From Acidimicrobiia bacterium (GTDB lineage: Bacteria; Actinomycetota; Acidimicrobiia; Spongiisociales; ZC4RG35), in contig JBOGET010000088.1 in the NCBI GenBank assembly GCA_050741975.1, forward strand, positions 1,465-65,464: a stretch of 64,000 bases of DNA, read 5' to 3'. Position 1 is the first letter of the stretch; every line of letters starts with the position of its first letter. The position numbers and the translations under genes are program-made. Below are positions 1 to 7,871 of this stretch, piece after piece. Under the pieces are notes generated by a model. That model saw nothing but the letters and a program-made list of their open reading frames with translations, searched no databases and was not told the DNA's origin.

Positions 1-262
1 CGAGGACAACGCCGAGCTGGTCTCCGCCGCCCGTGAGGCCGCCTGGAACGACGCATTGGCCAAGGCGACCCATCTCGCCGAGCTCTCCGGGCAGACGCTG
101 GGCAGTGCCACCTCGATCACCGAGACGGTGAGCACTCCCCCGGTCCCCATCCCCTATGCGACCGATGCCGCCGGCGCCGAGCTGGCCACACCCATCGAGC
201 CGGGCACCTCGGCGGTGACGATCACCCTCCAGGTGGAGTTCGGCTTCGAAGGCCGGGGTTAG
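1..262 (+). CDS. SIMPL (DUF541) family protein, C-terminal fragment; 5' end lies outside the window
   Basis: Frame from nt 2 reads EDNAELVSAAREAAWNDALAKATHLAELSGQTLGSATSITE...TITLQVEFGFE. This is colinear with, and clearly paralogous to, the C-terminal half of the next ORF. Confidence 0.7.
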   Translation, partial: EDNAELVSAAREAAWNDALAKATHLAELSGQTLGSATSITETVSTPPVPIPYATDAAGAELATPIEPGTSAVTITLQVEFGFEGRG

Positions 263-291
263 GCTCCGGCCGCTCCGGTACGGAGGTGACC

Positions 292-915
292 ATGGGCATC
301 ACGGTGTCGAGCGTGGGGACGGCGACCGGCATCCCGAACACGCTGGAGATCGACGTCGGGGTCTCGGTGCTAGCCGACAACGTTGCCGAGGCGTCCGCGG
401 CCGCGGCCAAGGGGGGACAGGCGGTGATAGCCGCCCTGACCTCGGGAGGCGTAGCCGAGACCGACATGACCACGACCGAATACACCATCCAGCAGGAGTA
501 CGACTACTCCGGAAATCAGCAGCGTCTCATCGGCTACCACGTTGGCAACACAGTGCGAGCAAAGGTTCGCGAGGTGGGTCGGGCCGGGGAGATCGTCGAT
601 GCGGTCTCGGCCGCGGGCGGTGATCATTCGAGGATCAGGGGGCTTCGATTCGGTGTCGAAGACGAAACCGCCCTCGAGGCCGCCGCCCGGGAAGATGCCT
701 GGAACGAGGCTCTGGCCAAGGCGACACAGCTCGCCGAGCTCTCCGGTCAGACGCTGGGCAAGGCGACGGCGATCCGTGAGACGGTGAGAAGCCCGGTGGT
801 CCCGGTGAGGATGCTGGCCGACACCGCCATGGCGGAGGGAGCCCCCACTCCGATCCAACCCGGCACCTCGACGGTGACCGTTGACCTCGAGGTCGAGTTC
901 GCCTTCGAGCGCTGA
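292..915 (+). CDS. SIMPL (DUF541) family protein
   Basis: GGAGG lies 5 nt upstream of ATG 292 (the track ORF starts at GTG 286). ITVSSVGTATGIPNTLEIDVGV ... TVDLEVEFAFE matches the SIMPL / 26-kDa immunogenic protein layout. No signal peptide is visible. Confidence 0.8.
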   Translation: MGITVSSVGTATGIPNTLEIDVGVSVLADNVAEASAAAAKGGQAVIAALTSGGVAETDMTTTEYTIQQEYDYSGNQQRLIGYHVGNTVRAKVREVGRAGEIVDAVSAAGGDHSRIRGLRFGVEDETALEAAAREDAWNEALAKATQLAELSGQTLGKATAIRETVRSPVVPVRMLADTAMAEGAPTPIQPGTSTVTVDLEVEFAFER

Positions 916-1002
916 GCCGGAGATCCCATCGGCGGGAGAAAGGACGCGGCGGGGAATAGCCGGCGCGCCGATATCCTTGAGAATGGCAACAGGCGAGCGC
1001 AA

Positions 1003-2340
1003 TTGAACGACCACACACTCCGCATCTATGACTCGATGCTCGGGTTGCTCTCCAATGTCGACAACCCGACTCCTCTGGTGCGTCTCAACCATGTGGTGGG
1101 GTTCGAGCACACCGAGGTCTACGCCAAGCTGGAGTGGTACAACCCCTTCGGATCGGTCAAGGACCGGATCGCCTCCAACATGATCTCCCAGGCCCGGGAG
1201 CAAGGCGATCTCACCGACGAGGACCTGGTCGAGCCGACGTCGGGCAACACCGGTCTCGGTCTGGTCATGATGGGAAACGCCCTCGGCTATTCCCTGACCA
1301 CGCCCCTTTCCAGCGCCATCCCCGTGGAGAAGCGAACCATGCTTCGATTCTTCGGAGCATCGGTGGAGGAGTTGGAAGACGACCTGTGCCCGGCTCCCTG
1401 GGCTCCCGAAGGCGCCATCGCCCGGGCCATGGAGATCGCCGAGAAGCCCGACTTCTACATGCTCAACCAGTACAAGAACCCTTCCAATCCCGACGCCCAC
1501 TACCGGACGACGGGCCCTGAGATCTGGCGTCAGACCCAAGGCACGATCACCCATTTCGTGGCCGGGATGGGCACCTGCGGCACCATCACCGGCACCGGGC
1601 GCTTCCTCAAGGAGCAGAGGCCCGACGTCCAGGTGATCGGGGTACACCCCGGCGAGGGCCACGACATCCCCGGGGTGCGCAGCATCCGCCAATTGAAACA
1701 GACCGAGTTCTTCCTCCCCGACGAGTACGATGGGATGGTCGAGGTCGACAGTGACGACGCATATGCGCTCACCCTCCGTCTCAACCGGGAGGAGAGCATC
1801 CCCGCCGGGCCCAGCTCGGGAATGGCCCTGGCCGGCGCCCTGAGGATGGTCCCCGACCAGCCGGGGAACACGGTGGTGGTGATGTTCCCCGACAATGCCT
1901 TCAAGTACGCCTCCTCGATGGTCAGGCACATCGAGGGCCTTGCCCCGACCGCCATGCCCCGGGTCAAGAGCCGTCGTGAGGAGCTGTTCGACGCGATCAT
2001 CGAGCACACCCGTCACAACCCCCACCTCACCGTCGACGTGGAGACCGCCCACGATCGGATGGGTGCGGAGAGGCCGTTCGTGGTCGATGTCCGCCAGCCC
2101 GAGGAGTTCGCCCGGGGCCACATCCCGGGTGCGGTCAACATCCCCCTGCTGGAGCTGCCCGACAACCAGGACCTGCTGCCCACCGGCCACGACATCCCGG
2201 TGCTCACGGTGTGCGGTCGAGGCAACATCTCATTGCCGGGGGTGCTCTATCTCAACTCACTCGGTTACCGGGACGCCCACAGCATCACCGGCGGCATGGC
2301 CGCCTGGGTCGAGCAGGGCTTCGGGACCGAGACCGCGTAA
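1003..2340 (+). CDS. PLP-dependent cysteine synthase (CysK/CysM family) fused to a C-terminal rhodanese domain
   Basis: The N-terminal ~300 aa carry NPFGSVKDRIA (PLP lysine), TSGNTGLGL and GMGTCGTITGTG. The C-terminal ~110 aa carry FVVDVRQPEEFARGHIPGAVNIP and the Cys loop VCGRGNIS. The TTG start at 1003 is uncertain. Confidence 0.8.
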   Translation: MNDHTLRIYDSMLGLLSNVDNPTPLVRLNHVVGFEHTEVYAKLEWYNPFGSVKDRIASNMISQAREQGDLTDEDLVEPTSGNTGLGLVMMGNALGYSLTTPLSSAIPVEKRTMLRFFGASVEELEDDLCPAPWAPEGAIARAMEIAEKPDFYMLNQYKNPSNPDAHYRTTGPEIWRQTQGTITHFVAGMGTCGTITGTGRFLKEQRPDVQVIGVHPGEGHDIPGVRSIRQLKQTEFFLPDEYDGMVEVDSDDAYALTLRLNREESIPAGPSSGMALAGALRMVPDQPGNTVVVMFPDNAFKYASSMVRHIEGLAPTAMPRVKSRREELFDAIIEHTRHNPHLTVDVETAHDRMGAERPFVVDVRQPEEFARGHIPGAVNIPLLELPDNQDLLPTGHDIPVLTVCGRGNISLPGVLYLNSLGYRDAHSITGGMAAWVEQGFGTETA

Positions 2341-2381
2341 CCCCCTTTGGATTTGGCGCCCTGCCCAATCAAACTGCTGCC

Positions 2382-3380
2382 ATGCGGCACTTTCTGAACA
2401 CCTTCGAGTGGACCACGCCGGAGCTCCAGTCGATGGTCGACGACGCCCGCCGCTTCAAGGCCTCGCCGTACGGGGACGCCCTCCAAGGCAAGACCATTGC
2501 CCTTCTCTTCCTCAACAACTCACTGCGGACCCGCACCTCATTCGATGTCGGAGCCCGTCATCTCGGTGGGCACGCCGTGGTCCTCTCCCCCTCCGGCGGG
2601 ATATGGCCTCTCGAGTTCGAGGAGGGTGCGGTCATGCTCGACGACGCCGAGGAGCATGTGAAGGAAGCAGCCAAAGTCCTCTCCCGCTACTGCGACCTGA
2701 TCGGGATCCGTGCCTTCCCCGAGTTCGAGAGCTGGGAAGAGGATCGGAAGGACAAGATCCTCCAGGGTTTCGCCACCCATTCCGAGGTCCCCGTGATCAA
2801 CATGGAGACGATCACCCACCCCTGTCAGGAGATGGCCCACATCATGGCTCTCCAGGAGCGGCTGGGCTCCCTCGAGGGAAAGCGCTATCTCCTCACCTGG
2901 AGCTATCACCCCAAACCACTCAACACCGCCGTGGCGAACTCCGCCGTCGTCATCGCCGCCAAGTTCGGCATGGACGTCACCCTGCTCTGCCCCACCGAGG
3001 ATTACATCCTCGACGAGCGCTACGTCAACATCGCCACCCGCGACGCGGGGGCCAACGGTCGCAGCCTCACCATCACCCACGACATCGAGACCGCCTACGA
3101 CAGCGCCGACGTCGTCTACGTCAAGAGCTGGGGTGCGCTCGCCTACTTCGGACGCTGGGACGAGGAGAAGCCGATCCGCGACAAGTACCAGGACTTCATC
3201 GTCGACTCGCAGAAGATGGCGCTGACCAACGACGCCCTGGTCAGTCACTGCCTGCCGATGCGGCGCAACGTGATCATGACCGATGAGGTGTTCGACGGCC
3301 CGAGCTGCATCGCCTATGACGAAGCGGAGAACCGGCTCCACGTGCAGAAGGCGATCATGACCAGGCTGGTTGGGCAATGA
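2382..3380 (+). CDS. argF': N-acetylornithine (or N-succinylornithine) carbamoyltransferase-type transcarbamylase
   Basis: Motifs NNSLRTRTSF (instead of the OTCase STRTR), HPCQEMAHIMAL, VYVKSWGA (instead of the OTCase SMG motif) and SHCLPMRRN. ATG at 2382 lies inside the longer track ORF 2211..3380. Confidence 0.75.
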   Translation: MRHFLNTFEWTTPELQSMVDDARRFKASPYGDALQGKTIALLFLNNSLRTRTSFDVGARHLGGHAVVLSPSGGIWPLEFEEGAVMLDDAEEHVKEAAKVLSRYCDLIGIRAFPEFESWEEDRKDKILQGFATHSEVPVINMETITHPCQEMAHIMALQERLGSLEGKRYLLTWSYHPKPLNTAVANSAVVIAAKFGMDVTLLCPTEDYILDERYVNIATRDAGANGRSLTITHDIETAYDSADVVYVKSWGALAYFGRWDEEKPIRDKYQDFIVDSQKMALTNDALVSHCLPMRRNVIMTDEVFDGPSCIAYDEAENRLHVQKAIMTRLVGQ

Positions 3381-4726
3381 ACCAGGGCAGGGTGCCGCCC
3401 ACCCCCAACCGGGACGTCCGTCAGACCATCGTCCATCTCCTCTCCAACATGAGTGACGGCAAGGAGATCCGGTCCTATCTGCAGAGGTTCTCGGAGGTCG
3501 ACCATTCCCGGTTCGCCGTCATCAAGATCGGCGGCGCCATCCTTCGTGATCATCTCGACGAGACCGCTGCCGCCCTCGCCTTCCTCCATACCGTCGGTCT
3601 GACCCCGATCGTGATCCACGGCGGAGGGCCACAACTCGACAGGCTCCTGGCCGAGCGCCGGATCGAGACGCAGAGAGTCGACGGGCTGCGTGTGACCCAT
3701 CCCGATGTCCTCGATGCGGCACGGGACACCTTCATCGAGCAGAACATCCTCCTCGTCGAGGCGATCCGGGAGCAGGGGGTCTCCGCCCACGGGCTCACCG
3801 CCGGTGCGTTCGAGGCCGACTATGTGGATCGGGGCAAGTACGGGCTGGTCGGGGAGCCGACCGAGGTGCACCTCGCCCTGATCCGGTCCATCGTCGCCTC
3901 CGGGGCGATCCCCATCCTCACCTGTCTCGGCGTGGCCCCCGGCGGGCAGATCGTCAACATGAACGCCGACTCGGCCACCAGGGCCCTGGTCCGTGCGGTG
4001 CAGCCGATGAAGATCATCTTCCTCGTCGACGTCGGAGGTCTGCTCGGCGAGGATGGGAAGCCGATCGAGTCGATCAACCTCGCCTCCGACTACGAGGAAC
4101 TGATGGCCCAGGACTGGGTCCACTCCGGGATGCGGCTCAAACTCGCCGAGATCAAGCGTCTCCTCGACGACACGCCCCTCTCCACGTCGGTCTCGATCAC
4201 CACCCCCTCGGGTCTGGTCAAGGAGCTCTTCACCCATGGTGGCTCCGGCACCCTGGTGCGGAGGGGGGAGCTGATCAACCGGGAGACGGACAAAGGCGCT
4301 CTCGACGAGGGACAGGTGGTCAAGCTGGTCGAGGAGGCGTTCGGCATGACCCTGAAGGACGGGTGGTGGCAGCTGCTCAGCCTGGAGAGCGCCTATCTCT
4401 CCGAGAGTCTCCGTGCCGGTGCCGTGATGGCGAAGGTCGACGACTTCGCCTACCTGGACAAGTTCGCCATCCTCGAAGATGCCCGGGGCGAAGGCCTGGC
4501 CCGGACGGTGTGGGCCCGTCTCGTCGCCGACCATCCCGTCCTCTACTGGCGCTCCCGGACCGAGAACGGCTTCAACGCCTTCTACGTGGAAGAGGCCGAC
4601 GGGTCGGTGAAGCGAGGGCCATGGACCATCTTCTGGAAGGGCGAGACCGATTTCGCCCGTATCGCCCCAAGGGTGGAGATCATCGCCGCTATCCCACCCT
4701 CGTTCGTCGGAGACGACGATGAGTGA
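3377..4726 (+). CDS. argAB: Bifunctional N-acetylglutamate synthase/kinase (amino-acid kinase domain plus vertebrate-like NAT domain)
   Basis: The N-terminal AAK fold has FAVIKIGGAIL ... PIVIHGGGPQLD. The C-terminal ~150 aa (AYLDKFAILEDARGEGLARTVWARL ... LYWRSRTENGFNAFY) resemble the NAGS-type acetyltransferase domain. ATGA overlap with the upstream gene. Confidence 0.75.
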   Translation: MNQGRVPPTPNRDVRQTIVHLLSNMSDGKEIRSYLQRFSEVDHSRFAVIKIGGAILRDHLDETAAALAFLHTVGLTPIVIHGGGPQLDRLLAERRIETQRVDGLRVTHPDVLDAARDTFIEQNILLVEAIREQGVSAHGLTAGAFEADYVDRGKYGLVGEPTEVHLALIRSIVASGAIPILTCLGVAPGGQIVNMNADSATRALVRAVQPMKIIFLVDVGGLLGEDGKPIESINLASDYEELMAQDWVHSGMRLKLAEIKRLLDDTPLSTSVSITTPSGLVKELFTHGGSGTLVRRGELINRETDKGALDEGQVVKLVEEAFGMTLKDGWWQLLSLESAYLSESLRAGAVMAKVDDFAYLDKFAILEDARGEGLARTVWARLVADHPVLYWRSRTENGFNAFYVEEADGSVKRGPWTIFWKGETDFARIAPRVEIIAAIPPSFVGDDDE

Positions 4727-5645
4727 GCGTTCAACGATCGGGGTGATCGGCGCCCGGGGCCACGCCGGGGCGGAGCTGGTGCGTCTGATCCGGGATCACC
4801 CGTCGCTCGACCTGGTCTTCGCCGGCTCGCGGGAGCTGGCCGGCAAGCCCGTGCCCGGGCAGGTCGACGTCGTGTTCGAGTCCATCGGGCCCGAAGACCT
4901 GGCGGCCCGGGATATGGACGCGGTGCTTCTCGCCCTCCCCGACGATGCCGGCGACCCATATCTGGCCGCCATCGGCGAGGAGACCGTCATCGTCGACATC
5001 TCGGCCGATCACCGCTTCGACGACTCCTGGCAATACGGGTTGCCCGAGCTCTTCCGGGAAAAGCTGAAGGGGGCCACCCGGATCGCCAACCCCGGCTGTT
5101 ACGCCACCACCATCCTGATCGCCCTCGCCCCGCTTCTCGACGTCGTCTCCGGGGTGCCCGCCGTCTTCGGGGTCTCCGGCTATTCCGGGGCCGGGTCGGC
5201 TCCCGGTCCCCGCAACGACCCGGACCGACTCGCCGACAACCTCATGCCCTACAAGCTGGTCGGGCACAACCACGAACGGGAGGCGACCCGTCATCTCGGG
5301 CTCCCGGTCCGCTTCATCCCGCATGTCCACCCTGCCTTTCGCGGTCTCATGGTCACCGCCCACGTCCCATTGGGCAGTGCGTTGAGCCCCGACGAGATCA
5401 AGGCTCGATTCGCGGGGCACTACGACGACGAGCCGCTCATCGAGATCAGAGACGGGATCCCGGAGTTGAAGGACGGCGCCAATCACCCCGGGGTGATCGT
5501 GGGCGGGTTCGAGACCAGCGCCGACGGGCTCAATGCGGTGGTGATCGCCGCCGAGGACAACCTGCTCAAGGGTGCCGCGGTGCAGGCGATCCAGAACGTC
5601 AACCTGGCACTCGGTCTCCCCGAGTTCCAGGGGCTGATCGACTGA
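4719..5645 (+). CDS. argC: N-acetyl-gamma-glutamyl-phosphate reductase
   Basis: IGVIGARGHAGAELVRLI Rossmann start and the NPGCYATT active-site Cys motif. 8-nt overlap with the upstream gene. Confidence 0.9.
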   Translation: MSERSTIGVIGARGHAGAELVRLIRDHPSLDLVFAGSRELAGKPVPGQVDVVFESIGPEDLAARDMDAVLLALPDDAGDPYLAAIGEETVIVDISADHRFDDSWQYGLPELFREKLKGATRIANPGCYATTILIALAPLLDVVSGVPAVFGVSGYSGAGSAPGPRNDPDRLADNLMPYKLVGHNHEREATRHLGLPVRFIPHVHPAFRGLMVTAHVPLGSALSPDEIKARFAGHYDDEPLIEIRDGIPELKDGANHPGVIVGGFETSADGLNAVVIAAEDNLLKGAAVQAIQNVNLALGLPEFQGLID

Positions 5646-5658
5646 AAGGGCGCTCATC

Positions 5659-5683
5659 GTGGTCGGCTTCTTCGGCTGACCAC
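5659..5683 (+). terminator. Hairpin 14 nt after the argC stop (possible terminator; no U-tract)
   Basis: GTGGTCGGC-ttcttcg-GCTGACCAC forms a 9-bp stem including one G-U pair. Confidence 0.45.
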
Positions 5684-5684
5684 A

Positions 5685-5713
5685 TTGACTTCCCGCTGCC
5701 CGGTGCATATCTT
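5685..5713 (+). promoter_or_regulatory. Sigma-70-like promoter candidate for the rhodanese gene
   Basis: TTGACT (5685-5690), a 17-nt spacer, then TATCTT (5708-5713), in a locally AT-richer patch. Confidence 0.35.
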
Positions 5714-5753
5714 TCCGATGTGTCACTAATGATGTGCGTGTGTATCTGTGAGA

Positions 5754-5826
5754 GCTCTCGGGCGGGCAGCCCGGGTGCCGACGCCGCACATCGTCAGCGC
5801 TCCTAACGACGCCACCGCCCGAGAGC
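5754..5826 (+). promoter_or_regulatory. Structured 5' leader element (12-bp perfect long-range helix)
   Basis: GCTCTCGGGCGG (5754-5765) is the exact reverse complement of CCGCCCGAGAGC (5815-5826). It lies between the candidate promoter and the SD/ATG at 5886. Confidence 0.35.
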
Positions 5827-5885
5827 GAGACCGTTCCCGGCGTCACGAGAACTCGTTTTCTGATCTTCAAAGGAGCAAAGAGCAC

Positions 5886-6722
5886 ATGGCATATGCCAAT
5901 CCCGACGCACTCGTCACCACCGAATGGCTCCAGGAGAACCTGAGCAACCCCGGCATCCGGGTCATCGAGGTCGACGAGGACGCCACCGTATACGAAAAGG
6001 ACCACATCCCCGGTGCCATCGCCTGGAGCTGGTCCGACGACCTCCACCACCCCATCCGACGCGACTACCTGGACCAGGAGGGCTTCTCCAAGCTGCTCTC
6101 CACCGCCGGTGTCGGGCCCGAAACCACCGTGGTCCTATACGGTGGGAACAACAACTGGTTCGCCGCCTACGCCTACTGGCTGCTCAAGTACCGGGGCTTC
6201 GACAACGTCAAGCTGCTCGACGGGGGACGGAAGAAGTGGAATGCCGACGCGCTGCAACTCGAGTCGGAGAAACCAAGCATCACCCCGACCGAGTACAGCA
6301 TCAGCGGGCCGGAGCGCCCCGAGGTCCGGGCCTTCCGCGACCACGTTCTCGAGACCCTGGGCAGCGCCACCCTGGTCGATGTCCGCTCCCCCGAGGAGTT
6401 CAGCGGGGAGAAGATAGCCCCCGATCATCTACCTCAGGAGCAGCCCTACGTAGCCGGGCACGTGCCGGGGGCGAAGAACATCCCATGGGGGAAGGCGGCC
6501 AACGAGGACGGGACCTTCAAGTCGGCCGAGGAGTTGAGAGAGCTCTACGAGGGTGCCGGTGTCACCGGTGGCGAGATCATCGCCTACTGCCGCATCGGCG
6601 AGCGCTCCTCCCACACCTGGTTCGCCCTCACCGAGCTACTCGGTCACAGCGACGTCAAGAACTACGACGGGTCGTGGACCGAGTACGGGTCGCTGGTCAA
6701 CGTGCCGGTGGAGCGGGGCTGA
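5886..6722 (+). CDS. Thiosulfate/3-mercaptopyruvate sulfurtransferase (tandem rhodanese domains)
   Basis: AAAGGAG SD sits upstream of ATG 5886. LVTTEWLQENL...IRVIEVD in the first domain; catalytic loop YCRIGERSSHTW in the second. Confidence 0.85.
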   Translation: MAYANPDALVTTEWLQENLSNPGIRVIEVDEDATVYEKDHIPGAIAWSWSDDLHHPIRRDYLDQEGFSKLLSTAGVGPETTVVLYGGNNNWFAAYAYWLLKYRGFDNVKLLDGGRKKWNADALQLESEKPSITPTEYSISGPERPEVRAFRDHVLETLGSATLVDVRSPEEFSGEKIAPDHLPQEQPYVAGHVPGAKNIPWGKAANEDGTFKSAEELRELYEGAGVTGGEIIAYCRIGERSSHTWFALTELLGHSDVKNYDGSWTEYGSLVNVPVERG

Positions 6723-6750
6723 GGGCCGGGCGGCGGGACGGGGCGTCACC

Positions 6751-7743
6751 TCAGGTGAGAGGGAACGGCGACTGAAACCACCACGGGACGGGCGACGGCT
6801 CCACCCGGGTCACCCACTTCACCCACCAGAAGCCCCGTCGCACCGGGGCCACGATCCGGGCCGGAAATCCGTGCCCCGGGCTCAGTGGCTCGCCGCCGAG
6901 CCGGGTCACCAGCCAGGTGCTCTCCAGGTCGGACACCGGGAACCTTCGGGCGTACCCGGTCGCCGACCAGGCGACGAAGCTGCGATGGCCGGTGGGATCG
7001 ATGAGCCGGTCCAGTCTGACCCCGGACCACTCCTGGGTCGAGTACCAGCCACCGGTGCAGTCGAGGATGGCGGGAAAGGTGTCCTGGCGCATGGCCTCAA
7101 GGTCGGTCAGGCTAAGACGTCTGCCCGCCACCTCCACCGTCCAGCCCTCAGGGTCTATCCCGGGCACCTGGTCGTCCAACCACGAGGTGACCGGCAGACG
7201 AGCCGGGTCATGTGAGCCCCGCTCGTGCATCCCGGTGAAACGACGCTCGCTCCCCGGCGTCTGCAGCGCCTGGAGGGTGCCCTCCCACGTCAGCCACAGC
7301 CCGGCCGCGGCCGCAGAGAGAGCCGAGGTGCGAAGAAACGCCCTGCGGTCCAGGTCGAAGTGGCGTGGCTTGACCGGATGCCTGCGGAAATGGTCGACGG
7401 CCAGACCCAGGGCGAGGACCGCCCCGCCGACATGGACCTGCATGACCGTCAGCGGCCCGATCCGCGAGATGTCCCCAAAGGAGTGGAGCAGACCCGAGAC
7501 CAGAGTGATCAGGACCAGGGCGAGCAGGATCAGGGAGAAGACACGGGTCGGGCGCCTCTTGCGCAGGCCACGACGCACCACGATGCTCTTCCAGGGAGCG
7601 AGGAGAAGGATCCCGAGAGCTGCGGCGCCGTGGACGACGGCGGTGTCAAGAAGCCAGTCGACCCCGATCGCCTGACTGGCCAGACCGGTGACGACCGCTA
7701 TGACCAGCAGCACCGCCAATGCCAGGTTGGTCCGTCGTCCCAT
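6751..7743 (-). CDS. Membrane-anchored molybdopterin-dependent oxidoreductase (sulfite-oxidase fold)
   Basis: N-terminal ~140 aa with 4-5 hydrophobic helices. These are followed by FTGMHERGSHDP...WTVEVAGRRLSLTDLEAM...ILDCTGGWYSTQEWSGVRL, typical of the SUOX/YedY-like Moco domain. Confidence 0.7.
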   Translation of the reverse strand: MGRRTNLALAVLLVIAVVTGLASQAIGVDWLLDTAVVHGAAALGILLLAPWKSIVVRRGLRKRRPTRVFSLILLALVLITLVSGLLHSFGDISRIGPLTVMQVHVGGAVLALGLAVDHFRRHPVKPRHFDLDRRAFLRTSALSAAAAGLWLTWEGTLQALQTPGSERRFTGMHERGSHDPARLPVTSWLDDQVPGIDPEGWTVEVAGRRLSLTDLEAMRQDTFPAILDCTGGWYSTQEWSGVRLDRLIDPTGHRSFVAWSATGYARRFPVSDLESTWLVTRLGGEPLSPGHGFPARIVAPVRRGFWWVKWVTRVEPSPVPWWFQSPFPLT

Positions 7744-7871
7744 GCACTCCTGTGATTTCTACTCTTCTGCGTGTCTAGAGGATGTTCCGCCAGGTGAAAG
7801 AGACGGCGCTGCGCGGAATGGCACCTGTCCGAACCCCGGTCCGTGAGCACCGAGCGGATATCGTCCGGTGG

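Noticed and set aside
370-2190. Very long ORFs antisense to, or out of frame with, recognisable genes. Examples: 370..2190 -, 4731..6050 -, 14890..16980 +, 31109..33547 +, 44513..46246 -, 45601..47427 +, 57228..58976 -.
   Set aside because: Their translations are Arg/Gly/Pro/Asp-rich low-complexity text with no motifs. They overlap genes with clear family signatures. These are typical shadow ORFs of GC-rich DNA where stop codons are rare.
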